From Polyangiales bacterium (GTDB lineage: Bacteria > Myxococcota_A > Polyangia > Polyangiales > Polyangiaceae), in assembly GCA_038231275.1 (NCBI GenBank), contig JBBRLQ010000001.1, positions 224,001-288,000 on the forward strand: 64,000 bases of DNA, in the 5' to 3' direction. The translations under genes were made by a program, and so were the position numbers. Each line of letters begins with the position of its first letter. Position 1 is the stretch's first letter. Shown here piece by piece: positions 1-10,651 of the stretch. The notes beneath the pieces are model-generated. The model did not search any database. It saw only the letters and a program-made list of their open reading frames with translations, and was not told where the DNA came from.

Positions 1-82
1 ACTCGTACCGAAGCCCGCGCCGCGCTGCAATTATTGGTTTGACGTTGCAGGAGAGCTCGGCCGCTAGGCTCCTAGGGACGCG

Positions 83-949
83 CTAGACGCGCGGCAGACG
101 CACGCCCGCGGAGCTCGGCGGCACCGGCGTATCGATGGCGCCGACGCTGGGCAAACTGCTCGAGCTCGGCAAGCTGCTCAAGCTAGGTGAGCTGCTCGAG
201 CTGGGCGAGCTGCTGGAGATCGGCACCGCGGCCACGCGCATGCTGCTTCCCGACGCAGGAGCTTCACGCGACGTAGCGCGCCACCAGATGCCGTCGCGGG
301 TGCTCCGCGCGAGACCTTCGCGCTCGAACTTCGCGAGGAGGCGGCTCACGGTCTCCGTCGTCGCGTTGACCATGCACGCGAGATCGCGGCGGCGCAGCGG
401 GATGGCGATGAAGCGCCCCTGACCGAGCGGCGTACCGTGGTGCTCGGCGAGGCTGTCGAGCAGGTGCTTGATGCGCTCGTCCACCGGTCCGCCGACGATC
501 TCGTCGATGCGACGCGTATGCGCGCGGAGATCCTGCGCGGCGCGCGCGAGGATGGCGCGCGCGAACGTCGGGTGAGAGGTGGCGATGCGATGCACGATGC
601 GCCGATCGATCGTCGCGAGGTGCGAGGAGCGGAGCGTCGTGACGGTCGCGGTCGCGACTTGCCCGTCGAGGACGGAGACGTCCCCCACGACGCACGGCGC
701 GCGCATCACGTCGACCACGACTTGCGCTTCGCCGCCGCCGCCGACCGTCGTCCGCGTGACCTTTCCGGCGCCACGGAAGAGCAGAATCATCGCTTGTGAG
801 GCGACGCCTTGCTCCACGAGCGTGGTCCCTGCGTGGACGCGCTTCTGTTGGGCTGCGCTCGCCAGCTCTCCGAACGCCTCTTTCGAGAGGTCGGCGAACG
901 GCGGAATGAGCCGCAACTCCGCGTGGATGTCGAGATCGGGATTGGCCAT
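83..949 (-). CDS. Crp/Fnr family transcriptional regulator with Ser/Pro-rich C-terminal tail
   Basis: cNMP-binding-like N-domain (LVEQG...GDVSVLDG..ATATVTT) and Crp HTH (LRRRDLACMVNATTETVSRLLAKFEREGL). Start could be ATG 949 or 961. Confidence 0.85.
   Translation of the reverse strand: MANPDLDIHAELRLIPPFADLSKEAFGELASAAQQKRVHAGTTLVEQGVASQAMILLFRGAGKVTRTTVGGGGEAQVVVDVMRAPCVVGDVSVLDGQVATATVTTLRSSHLATIDRRIVHRIATSHPTFARAILARAAQDLRAHTRRIDEIVGGPVDERIKHLLDSLAEHHGTPLGQGRFIAIPLRRRDLACMVNATTETVSRLLAKFEREGLARSTRDGIWWRATSREAPASGSSMRVAAVPISSSSPSSSSSPSLSSLPSSSSLPSVGAIDTPVPPSSAGVRLPRV
150..221. repeat. Degenerate 18-bp tandem repeat, 4 copies, encoding the Ser-rich tail of the Crp protein
   Basis: ggcaaactgctcgagctc / ggcaagctgctcaagcta / ggtgagctgctcgagctg / ggcgagctgctggagatc. 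Confidence 0.8.
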
Positions 950-990
950 CGAACGGTTCATTAAACTATGCGTCCCCCGCGCGCGCCGGC

Positions 991-1095
991 AAGGTCGTCG
1001 GGGAGTGGTGCGGGCTATCGCTGCGATAGCCACGCTCGATGGACGATACGCGGTAACGTGCCGTCCGGTTCCGCTCCCTCAGAAACGACCTTTTT
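991..1095 (+). ncRNA. Candidate structured RNA (three-way junction) in the leader of the TonB receptor
   Basis: Nested stems 991-998/1085-1092, 1000-1008/1071-1079, 1010-1020/1024-1035 and 1041-1050/1057-1066, ending in a T5 run. No known family recognised. Confidence 0.45.
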
Positions 1096-1099
1096 CGAA

Positions 1100-3067
1100 A
1101 TGGACCGTCGCGCGCTTCTCCTTGCCCTCCTGGGGCCTATGCAAATGTCGATCGCGCGCGCCGACGACACGGAAGAAATCACGATCCGAGGCTCCCAGGC
1201 CGGCGGATTCAGCTCGAGGGCCAAGCTCGAGGACTCTCCCCGTGAAGTTACTAACGCCGCGAGCCTGGTCGAACCGTTACCCGGCGTGCATGTTCGCCGC
1301 CTCGGGGCCGACGACGGGTTTTCCACATTGTCCGTCCGTGGGTCCAGCTCGACCCAGGTGGCGGTGCTGCTCGCAGGGGTTCCGCTGACCGGAGGGGCCG
1401 ATCCCTCGCTCGATCTCGCGACGTTACCTTTGTGGCCGGGGGCACGGGTCCGCGTCTTCCGATCGTTTTCCCCAGCGGCGCTCGGTCCCGGCTCGCTCGG
1501 TGGGACGCTCGTGCTCGAGCCGCCGACCGCGACGGGTCCGGATCGGACCGAGGTGTGGGCCGCGGCTGGGTCGTTCGGTGCGCGCCGAATGCGCATCGGT
1601 GACGTGCGTGCGCTCGGTGACGAGGGGACGCGCATAGCGACGGCGCTCAGTATGTCGCGATCGGACGATGACTTTTCCTATTACGACACGCCCACCGGAA
1701 CGGACCGCACGCGCGAGAACGCGGGGCACGCGGCGGTGAGCGGGCTCGTGGCGTGGACGAGGCCGATTCGCTTCGCCGATGGCAGCTCTGGACATCTCAC
1801 CGTCACGACGCTCGCGCAAGCGCGACGGCAGCACGTGCCCGGACCGCTCACGCACCTGACGCCGAACCAGACGCTCGCGACCGATCGCGAGCTCGCGGCC
1901 GTCGAGCTCGCGGTTCCTTCCGAGCGGGGCGCGTGGATCACGCGCGGGTGGGGACGGCACGAGGGGCTTCGCGTGACCGACACGCCGCTCACCCCGGGCG
2001 AGCCGACGCGAACGTCCGACGGGATCGCGGCGGCGGGCGGTGCGGCAGGATGGCGCGGGCGTCCAATCGCGCCGGTCACGCTCGACGCGCGCGTCGACGC
2101 GACAGGAGAGCGCTTCTCGCCGGGAGAGTGGCGTGGTGCACCGGCGCCACCCGGTGCGACGCGCGCGTCGGTGGGGCTCGCGTCGGACGTGGAGTGGCGC
2201 GCGACGGAGGCGCTCACCGCGACCGCGAGCGGAAGGCTCGACGCGTGGAGCGATCGCGGAGGCGGATCGAAGGAGTCGCTCCGTCCTACCGCGCACGTCG
2301 GCGGTGAGCTCGTCCTCGGGCCGATCGCGTTCGCGTCGCACGGCGGCGTCCTCGCGCGCGCGCCGTCCTTCGTGGAGCGCTTCGGCGATCACGGCGTCTT
2401 CCTCGGTAACCCCGCCCTGAGGCCCGAGTCGGCGTGGACCGTCGACTTCGGCGCGCGCACGCAGAAGCGCTTCGGCGAGGTGTCCCTTCGCGCGGAGGCC
2501 GCCGGCTTCGTCTCGTGGGCGGACGATCTGATCGTCTTCGTCCAGCAAGGCATCGGCGTCGCACGCACCGAGAACATCGGCCGCGCGCGCATCGCCGGCG
2601 CCGAAGCGCTCGTGGAAGGCCGAGGATTTGGCTTCGAATTACGTGCATCTTACACGGGACTCGCGACAGCGAACGAGGACGCGTGCGTCGCGACCGACAT
2701 CGCCGGCGCGTGCGAGAGACCTCCGCTCCCCGGACGCCCGGAGCACGACGCCGTGTTCGATCTCGCGTACTCACTCGGCCCGGCGCGCGTTCGGTATGGA
2801 GTCGACGTCATCGCCGGCGTCTTCGCGGATCTGACGGGGCGCGTGGAGGTGCCGACGCGCGCGCTCCACTCTGCGGGCGTACGCCTCGACGTTCCAGGCG
2901 CCAAGGGCCTGCGCCTCGCGCTCGACGTGCGAAACCTCTTCGATCTTCGAACGGTGACGTACACCGGCTTCGCAGGCACGGTGCGCGCGCCGATCGGCGA
3001 CGTCTACGACTACCCGCTCCCGGGCCGCAGCGTCCTCGTGAGCGCGCTCTTCAAGACCGGCCCCTGA
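1100..3067 (+). CDS. TonB-dependent receptor (BtuB-like)
   Basis: Signal peptide, TonB-box-like EEITIRG, plug (LPGVHVRR..LSVRGSSSTQVAVLLAGVPL), GNPALRPE, DVRNLFD, C-terminal PLPGRS strand. Confidence 0.85.
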   Translation: MDRRALLLALLGPMQMSIARADDTEEITIRGSQAGGFSSRAKLEDSPREVTNAASLVEPLPGVHVRRLGADDGFSTLSVRGSSSTQVAVLLAGVPLTGGADPSLDLATLPLWPGARVRVFRSFSPAALGPGSLGGTLVLEPPTATGPDRTEVWAAAGSFGARRMRIGDVRALGDEGTRIATALSMSRSDDDFSYYDTPTGTDRTRENAGHAAVSGLVAWTRPIRFADGSSGHLTVTTLAQARRQHVPGPLTHLTPNQTLATDRELAAVELAVPSERGAWITRGWGRHEGLRVTDTPLTPGEPTRTSDGIAAAGGAAGWRGRPIAPVTLDARVDATGERFSPGEWRGAPAPPGATRASVGLASDVEWRATEALTATASGRLDAWSDRGGGSKESLRPTAHVGGELVLGPIAFASHGGVLARAPSFVERFGDHGVFLGNPALRPESAWTVDFGARTQKRFGEVSLRAEAAGFVSWADDLIVFVQQGIGVARTENIGRARIAGAEALVEGRGFGFELRASYTGLATANEDACVATDIAGACERPPLPGRPEHDAVFDLAYSLGPARVRYGVDVIAGVFADLTGRVEVPTRALHSAGVRLDVPGAKGLRLALDVRNLFDLRTVTYTGFAGTVRAPIGDVYDYPLPGRSVLVSALFKTGP

Positions 3068-3140
3068 CGTCCAATGGACCGGCGCGAGGGAGAATGAGGT
3101 AGGACTTGGTGCCCCGCTCCCCTTTCCCCGAGGTGAACTC

Positions 3141-3710
3141 ATGTCGATGCTACGAAAAGGACTCTCCGGCGAGCCCGTCCGAATTCTCCAAGGCCGTCTC
3201 GGCGTGACCGCGGACGGCATCTTCGGCGCGGCGACCGACGAGGCGCTGCGAAAGTACCAGGCCGACAACAGCCTTGAGGTCGACGGCATCGCCGGTCCCG
3301 ACACCTTCACGGCCATGGGTCTCCACGAGCTCGTGCTTCTCCAGAAGGGCAACCGCGGCGAGACCGTGAAGAAGCTCCAGACCGGCCTTGGCCTCGCGGC
3401 CGACGGGATCTTCGGCGCCGGCACCGAGAAGGCCGTCCGCGACCTCCAGTCTTCCAAGGGACTCGACGTCGACGGCATCGCGGGCCCGCTGACGCTCGCG
3501 CAGGTCGACGGCTTCGGTGAGATCACGCAGGAGACGATCGCCGCGTCCGTCGTCACCGAGAACACGCAGCCCATCGAAGAGTCCGCCGCCCAGGCCGCGA
3601 AGGAGAGCGAGACCCCGCCCGCGCCGCACCCGTCGTTCGCCGGCAAGGTCGAAGAGAAGGTCGCCGAGGTGGGCAAGTCGATCTGGAACACGGTGAAGAA
3701 GATTTTCTGA
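3141..3710 (+). CDS. Peptidoglycan-binding domain protein (two PG_binding_1-type repeats)
   Basis: Repeated ADGIFG..T..A...Q....L.VDGIAGP.T motifs; SD-like GAGGTG upstream. Confidence 0.85.
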   Translation: MSMLRKGLSGEPVRILQGRLGVTADGIFGAATDEALRKYQADNSLEVDGIAGPDTFTAMGLHELVLLQKGNRGETVKKLQTGLGLAADGIFGAGTEKAVRDLQSSKGLDVDGIAGPLTLAQVDGFGEITQETIAASVVTENTQPIEESAAQAAKESETPPAPHPSFAGKVEEKVAEVGKSIWNTVKKIF

Positions 3711-3753
3711 TCTAGGGCGAGAGACGCGCATCGCGTCGGGAGAGAGAGACGTC

Positions 3754-4554
3754 ATGAGACTTCATTCGATCGGGCTCGGAGCCCTGGTGTGGATCGCCTC
3801 CGGTGCGGCGAGCGCGGGGCCTACGCCCTCGGCAACGCCGCCCTCGTCGGCGAGCGGCGCGCCGCAGTCGGCGGACGCCGGGAAGAAAGCGGAGACGCCG
3901 GAGCAGAAGGCGTTCCGCCGGCAGTACGTCCGCGAGACGCGCAAGAAGCAGAAGTCGATCACGGCGCACCACGTTTGGACGCCGGAGATGGGCAAGCTCG
4001 CGAGCGATCATTGGCGCCGCGCGTACGCGACGCTCCGAATCCGCGAGCTCGCCGACGACGAGAAAGACGCGGCGGCCGTCGCGCGCACCGACGCCCTCCT
4101 CAAGAAGCTCGACGACGCCTACTTCACGGCGCTGCCCGAGCTCGTCGCCAAGGCGCCGGCGGTTCCCGGCGCTCCGATGCTCGCCTCGCCGGCCGCCGGA
4201 GCCTCCGCGCCGATCGGCGCTCCGCTCACGTTCAAGTTCACGCCCTACAAAGACGCGGCGCGGTACGCCTGCTCCCTGAGGCAGTCCGGCCACTCGTGGT
4301 CGAGCCGCAACGGCAAGGAGTGGGGAACGACGCCCGAGTGCACGATCCCCGCGAACGATCCGCATTGGGCGAAGTTCCACGCCGGTAAGGCGCACTTCGT
4401 CGGTCACGCGATCACGATGGGCAAGAGCGCGAAGGGCAAGGACATCCAGCAGTGGTCGGAGCCGGTGGACGTGGAGGTCACGCTCACGGGAGGCGCCGCG
4501 CCGACGCCGACCCCCATGCCTCCCACCTCGGCGACCGCAGGAGGTGCGAAATGA
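3754..4554 (+). CDS. Secreted hypothetical protein
   Basis: Signal peptide, coding-like codon usage, ATGA overlap with next gene. Confidence 0.7.
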   Translation: MRLHSIGLGALVWIASGAASAGPTPSATPPSSASGAPQSADAGKKAETPEQKAFRRQYVRETRKKQKSITAHHVWTPEMGKLASDHWRRAYATLRIRELADDEKDAAAVARTDALLKKLDDAYFTALPELVAKAPAVPGAPMLASPAAGASAPIGAPLTFKFTPYKDAARYACSLRQSGHSWSSRNGKEWGTTPECTIPANDPHWAKFHAGKAHFVGHAITMGKSAKGKDIQQWSEPVDVEVTLTGGAAPTPTPMPPTSATAGGAK

Positions 4555-4877
4555 TTCGCGTCACACGTCATCCGTCTTGGGCTCTCTTCGTCCCCGCGCT
4601 CGTCGCCTTCCTCGCCGGCTGCCCCGACAAGAAGAGCGAAGGCACCGCTCCCACCGCGAGCGCTTCGGGGACGACCGCCGCCTCGACCACCGCCCCCGCC
4701 GTAGCCTCCGCCGATCCCGCAGGCGGCAACGCGACGGCGTCCATCGACGAGCCCGACGAGCCGGACCTCGACTCGCCGACCGACGACGAGGACCTCCAGC
4801 GCTCGGCCGGCGTCATCTCGAAGACGAACTACAAGAGCGAGCTCGACAAGCTCGAGCACGAAGATCTGAAAAAGTAG
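4551..4877 (+). CDS. Hypothetical lipoprotein
   Basis: Lipobox FLAG-C; ATG 4551 overlaps the upstream TGA. Confidence 0.7.
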   Translation: MIRVTRHPSWALFVPALVAFLAGCPDKKSEGTAPTASASGTTAASTTAPAVASADPAGGNATASIDEPDEPDLDSPTDDEDLQRSAGVISKTNYKSELDKLEHEDLKK

Positions 4878-4967
4878 CCGCCCCTCGGCGCTCCGTTTTC
4901 ATCCGCGGGACGGGTGCTTTAGCTCTAAAGCACCACGTCCCGCGTGCCTTTTTTGTCCGGGGGGCGG
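4878..4967 (+). terminator. Long hairpin (terminator-like or structured RNA)
   Basis: Inner IR 4904-4922/4925-4944 (one bulged A) followed by TGCC-T6; outer stem 4878-4888/4957-4967. Confidence 0.55.
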
Positions 4968-5006
4968 TGTCGCGGCCACTTTGCTCGTGCTAGCTTCCCC
5001 GCCCCC

Positions 5007-6167
5007 ATGAGCATGACCACCCCCGATCCGAAGAACGCCCCTCCCCAGCAAGCTCCGAGCGGCGCGGGCGGGCCTGGCATCACCCTCACCGGCGGCGCGG
5101 CGATCCTCGCGCCGATCACGTCGTTCCCCAACGGCGTGCCGAGCAACGCGATGGTGCTCATCCCGCTCGGCCCCAACGGCGCGCCGATCGAGAAGGAGAT
5201 CGTGAACGGCCCCGTCGCGATCCAGGTCGACGAAGTGTGGAAGCTCCTCGGCTTCAACGGCCCCGCGATCCAGGTGCAAGACGATCAGGGTCGGCCGATC
5301 GCGATCGGCCTCGAGGATCTCCTCGCCGGTCTCGAGAAGCACTGGACCGACGGCCAAGACGATCTCGGCCGCGGCCGCGTCTTCGCGCAGGAGCTGATGA
5401 AGTACCAGCGCTGGGCGAAGGCGGAGGGCGTGCTCGCCAAGATCGTCGCGCTCGGCGGCGACGGCGAGGACTGGCTCGCGCTCGGCGTCACGCAGCTCAA
5501 TCAAGAGAAGCTCGACAAGGCGGAGGCGACGCTCAAGGGCGCGCAGAACCTCCTCAAGGAGAACCCGTTCCCGTCGCTCCACCTCGCGAAGCTCTTCAAG
5601 GCGAAGAAGGACGCGAAGCAGGAGCGCGAGTGTGTCGAGCGCGCGATCCAGATCGAGCCGAACAGCGTCGACGCGTGGGCGTACCTGACCAACTTCTTCA
5701 AGGAGCAGGTCAACGAGGACGCTGCGGTGAAGCTGATCGAGGAGCTCGCGAGCGCGCCGGTCAACGCGAAGACCGCGGCGCCGTACGTGGCGCTGCAGGG
5801 CTTCTTCGCGAACGACGAGAAGACGCGCGACAAGGCGATCACGTTCGCCAAGAAGGCCGTCGACCGCGCGCCGACCGATCCGCTCGCGCTCCTCTGCTTG
5901 TCGGCGCTCTACGGCCAGAGCGGCAAGCTCGACGAGGTCATCAAGACGCTCGCACCGCACGAGGCCGTCATGCAGCGCGACGTTCGCCTCGCGCACAACT
6001 ACTTCGAGGCGCTCTTCCAGTCGCGTGACATGCCGAAGATCACCGCGCTCCTCAACAAGCTGGCGACGTCGCCGGTGCGCGAGGTGAAGCAGTTCGCGAT
6101 CGAGCGCTCGCGCGCCATCTCGCAGATGCTCCAGCAGCAGCAGCAGGCGCTCGCGGCGGCGAAGTGA
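5007..6167 (+). CDS. Tetratricopeptide-repeat protein
   Basis: TPR-like helices (RAIQIEPNSVDAW, KAVDRAPTDPLAL). Confidence 0.8.
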   Translation: MSMTTPDPKNAPPQQAPSGAGGPGITLTGGAAILAPITSFPNGVPSNAMVLIPLGPNGAPIEKEIVNGPVAIQVDEVWKLLGFNGPAIQVQDDQGRPIAIGLEDLLAGLEKHWTDGQDDLGRGRVFAQELMKYQRWAKAEGVLAKIVALGGDGEDWLALGVTQLNQEKLDKAEATLKGAQNLLKENPFPSLHLAKLFKAKKDAKQERECVERAIQIEPNSVDAWAYLTNFFKEQVNEDAAVKLIEELASAPVNAKTAAPYVALQGFFANDEKTRDKAITFAKKAVDRAPTDPLALLCLSALYGQSGKLDEVIKTLAPHEAVMQRDVRLAHNYFEALFQSRDMPKITALLNKLATSPVREVKQFAIERSRAISQMLQQQQQALAAAK

Positions 6168-6235
6168 GCCTGTAGGCAACGAACGCTGAGCGTCCCACGT
6201 GCGCAAATGCGCACGGTTCGGGATGCGACGGAGGG

Positions 6236-6274
6236 AGAGGCGAGGCCGGAAACGGGCCGTCGCCTCTTTTTTTT
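6236..6274 (+). terminator. Rho-independent terminator
   Basis: AGAGGCGA-GGCC...GGCC-G-TCGCCTCT stem running into a T8 tract, downstream of the TPR gene. Confidence 0.7.
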
Positions 6275-6291
6275 GGTTATCCTATGAGGAA

Positions 6292-7914
<1,623 letters not shown>

Positions 7915-7924
7915 CCTCGGCAGG

Positions 7925-8821
7925 ATGATCTCGTCACGCCTCCGCGCCTCCGCTGCGCTCGCCGTCGCCATCGTCGTCGCGAGCCCGATCGCGCGCGCCG
8001 ACGAGAAGCGGGACCAGAAGGATGCCTGCGTCGCCGCGTACGAGAAGGCGCAGCAGCTCCGGATGGATGCCAAGCTGCGCGCCGCGAAGGAGCAGCTCGT
8101 CGTGTGCTCGCGACCCGAGTGCCCGGTCATCGTTCGGCAAGATTGCGCGCAGTGGATGGGGGAGGTGAGCGCGAGCTTGCCGTCCGTCGTGGTCGCCGCG
8201 CGCGACACCGGCGGCCACGATGTGATCGACGTGCGCGTCACCCTGGACGGCGTCGTCGTCGCCGAGCGCCTCGACGGAAAGCCCATCGCCGTCGACCCGG
8301 GACCCCACAAGCTCCGGTACGAGACGCGCGGAAAGCCGCCGGTCGAAGAGCAAGTGCTCGTGCGCGAAGGCGAGCGCAACCGCCCGCTCAACGTCACCTT
8401 CGCGCCGGCGCCGGGCACGGCCACGCCCGCCTCCGCCCGGGACGCGCGCACCGACGCGACGGCCGCGCGCGACACTCCGCCCGAGACGCCGAGCTCGCCC
8501 GTCTTCCCGATCGTCCTCGTTGGCGTCGGCGCGGTGGCCCTCGGCGCGGCTCTATTCTTCGATCTGAAGGGCAACGGCGACGCGCGCACGCTGCGCGACG
8601 TGTGCGCGCCCAACTGCAGGCAGCCCGAGGTGGACGCCGTACAAGCAAAGTACACCGCAGCGCTGGTCTCGCTCGGGGTGGGCGTTGTCGCGGTCGGAGT
8701 CGGCGTCACGATGCTGCTCCTCCGCCCCGCGGCGCCACAAAAGACCTCTGCGCGAGGCTGGACCTTCGACGTCGCGCCGGCTCGCGGCGGCGCCACCGCG
8801 GTCGTCGGCGCCTCGTTTTAG
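7925..8821 (+). CDS. Secreted/membrane PEGA-like domain protein (kinase-associated hypothetical)
   Basis: Signal peptide, Cys pairs, VRVTLDG..IAVDPGPHKL, C-terminal TM segments. Confidence 0.65.
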   Translation: MISSRLRASAALAVAIVVASPIARADEKRDQKDACVAAYEKAQQLRMDAKLRAAKEQLVVCSRPECPVIVRQDCAQWMGEVSASLPSVVVAARDTGGHDVIDVRVTLDGVVVAERLDGKPIAVDPGPHKLRYETRGKPPVEEQVLVREGERNRPLNVTFAPAPGTATPASARDARTDATAARDTPPETPSSPVFPIVLVGVGAVALGAALFFDLKGNGDARTLRDVCAPNCRQPEVDAVQAKYTAALVSLGVGVVAVGVGVTMLLLRPAAPQKTSARGWTFDVAPARGGATAVVGASF

Positions 8822-8855
8822 TCGAGAGCCAACGGCCCCGCCTTCGACGGACCCC

Positions 8856-9850
8856 TTATTTTCGGCGCAAAAGAGCCAAAAAGAGCGGGCCGCCGAGGAG
8901 CGCGGTGACGGCGCCGACGGGTGGCTCGGTGTGGAGCCACCGGAAGAGCATGCGGCTCGCCAGATCGCACACGACGAGGACCGCGCCGCCCAAGAGGAGC
9001 GACGCGGGGAGGAGCGCGCGGTTGTCGGGCCCGAAGAGGCGGCGCAGGGCGTGGGGGACGATGAGGCCGATGAAGCCGATGAGGCCGGTGACGCTGACGA
9101 TCGCGCCGGTCACGAGCGAGCACGCGATGAAGACGCGACGCTCGAGCGCGCGAACGTCGACGCCGAGGTGCGATGCCTGCTCGTCGCCGAGCGCGAGGAG
9201 GTTGAGGCGCCCCGCGTCGCGAAGGAGCATCGCGCCGCCGATCGCGACGTAGAACGTCACCATCGCGAGCGACGCCCGCGACGGCACGTCGAGGAAGCCC
9301 ATGAGCCAGAAGAGGAGCTCCTGCGCCTTGCTCGCGGAGACGAGCGTCTTGAGGAACGTGATCGCCGCCGAGGCGATGGCGTTCACGACGACGCCGGCGA
9401 GGAGCATGCTCGTCGAGGCCGCTCCACGGCTCGCGCGCGCCAGGGCGTACACGAACGCCGTCGCCGCCATGCCACCGCCGAGCGCCGCGAGCGGGACGAT
9501 CGATGCGCCGAGCAGCGTCGTGCCGGCGACGCCGAGGAGGAGCGCGCACGTCGCGCCGAGCGCGGCGCCGCCGGACACGCCGAGGACGTACGGCTCCGCG
9601 AGGGGATTGCGCAGCACCGCCTGGAACGCCGCACCTGCGATCGCGAGGCCGCCGCCGGCCACCGCGCCGAGGAGGACGCGCGGCAAGCGGACGCCCACGA
9701 GGATGATGCGATCGAGCGACTCCGGATCGCCCCACGCGCGCGCGATGGAGACCGGCTCGGTTCCCCACGCGACCCCCACGGCGATCGCGACGAGCAGCGA
9801 CGCGGCGGGCACGACGATGCGGAGCCAAGCCGCGCGCGGCATCTGCCCCA

Positions 9851-9851
<1 letters not shown>
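8856..9851 (-). CDS. FecCD/BtuC family ABC permease (cobalamin or iron chelate)
   Basis: VRLPRV, FQAVLRNPLAEPYVLGVSGGA, ALGDEQASHLGV, IGFIGLIVPH; TGATG coupling to coaX. Confidence 0.9.
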
Positions 9852-10618
<767 letters not shown>

Positions 10619-10651
10619 GGCCCGTCGAGACTAGCCTAACCCGGCGCCAAA

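Noticed and set aside
25-70. TTGACG...TAGGCT promoter-like pair
   Set aside because: Spacer of 20 nt is too long, and it points antisense into the Crp gene.
135-422. ORF with GKLLEL repeats
   Set aside because: Antisense reading of the Crp Ser-rich tail repeat.
962-1099. Cobalamin riboswitch, tRNA, SRP RNA or hammerhead identity for the structured leader
   Set aside because: No B12-box, T-loop/CCA, SRP loop motif or CUGANGA core found; kept as an unknown structure.
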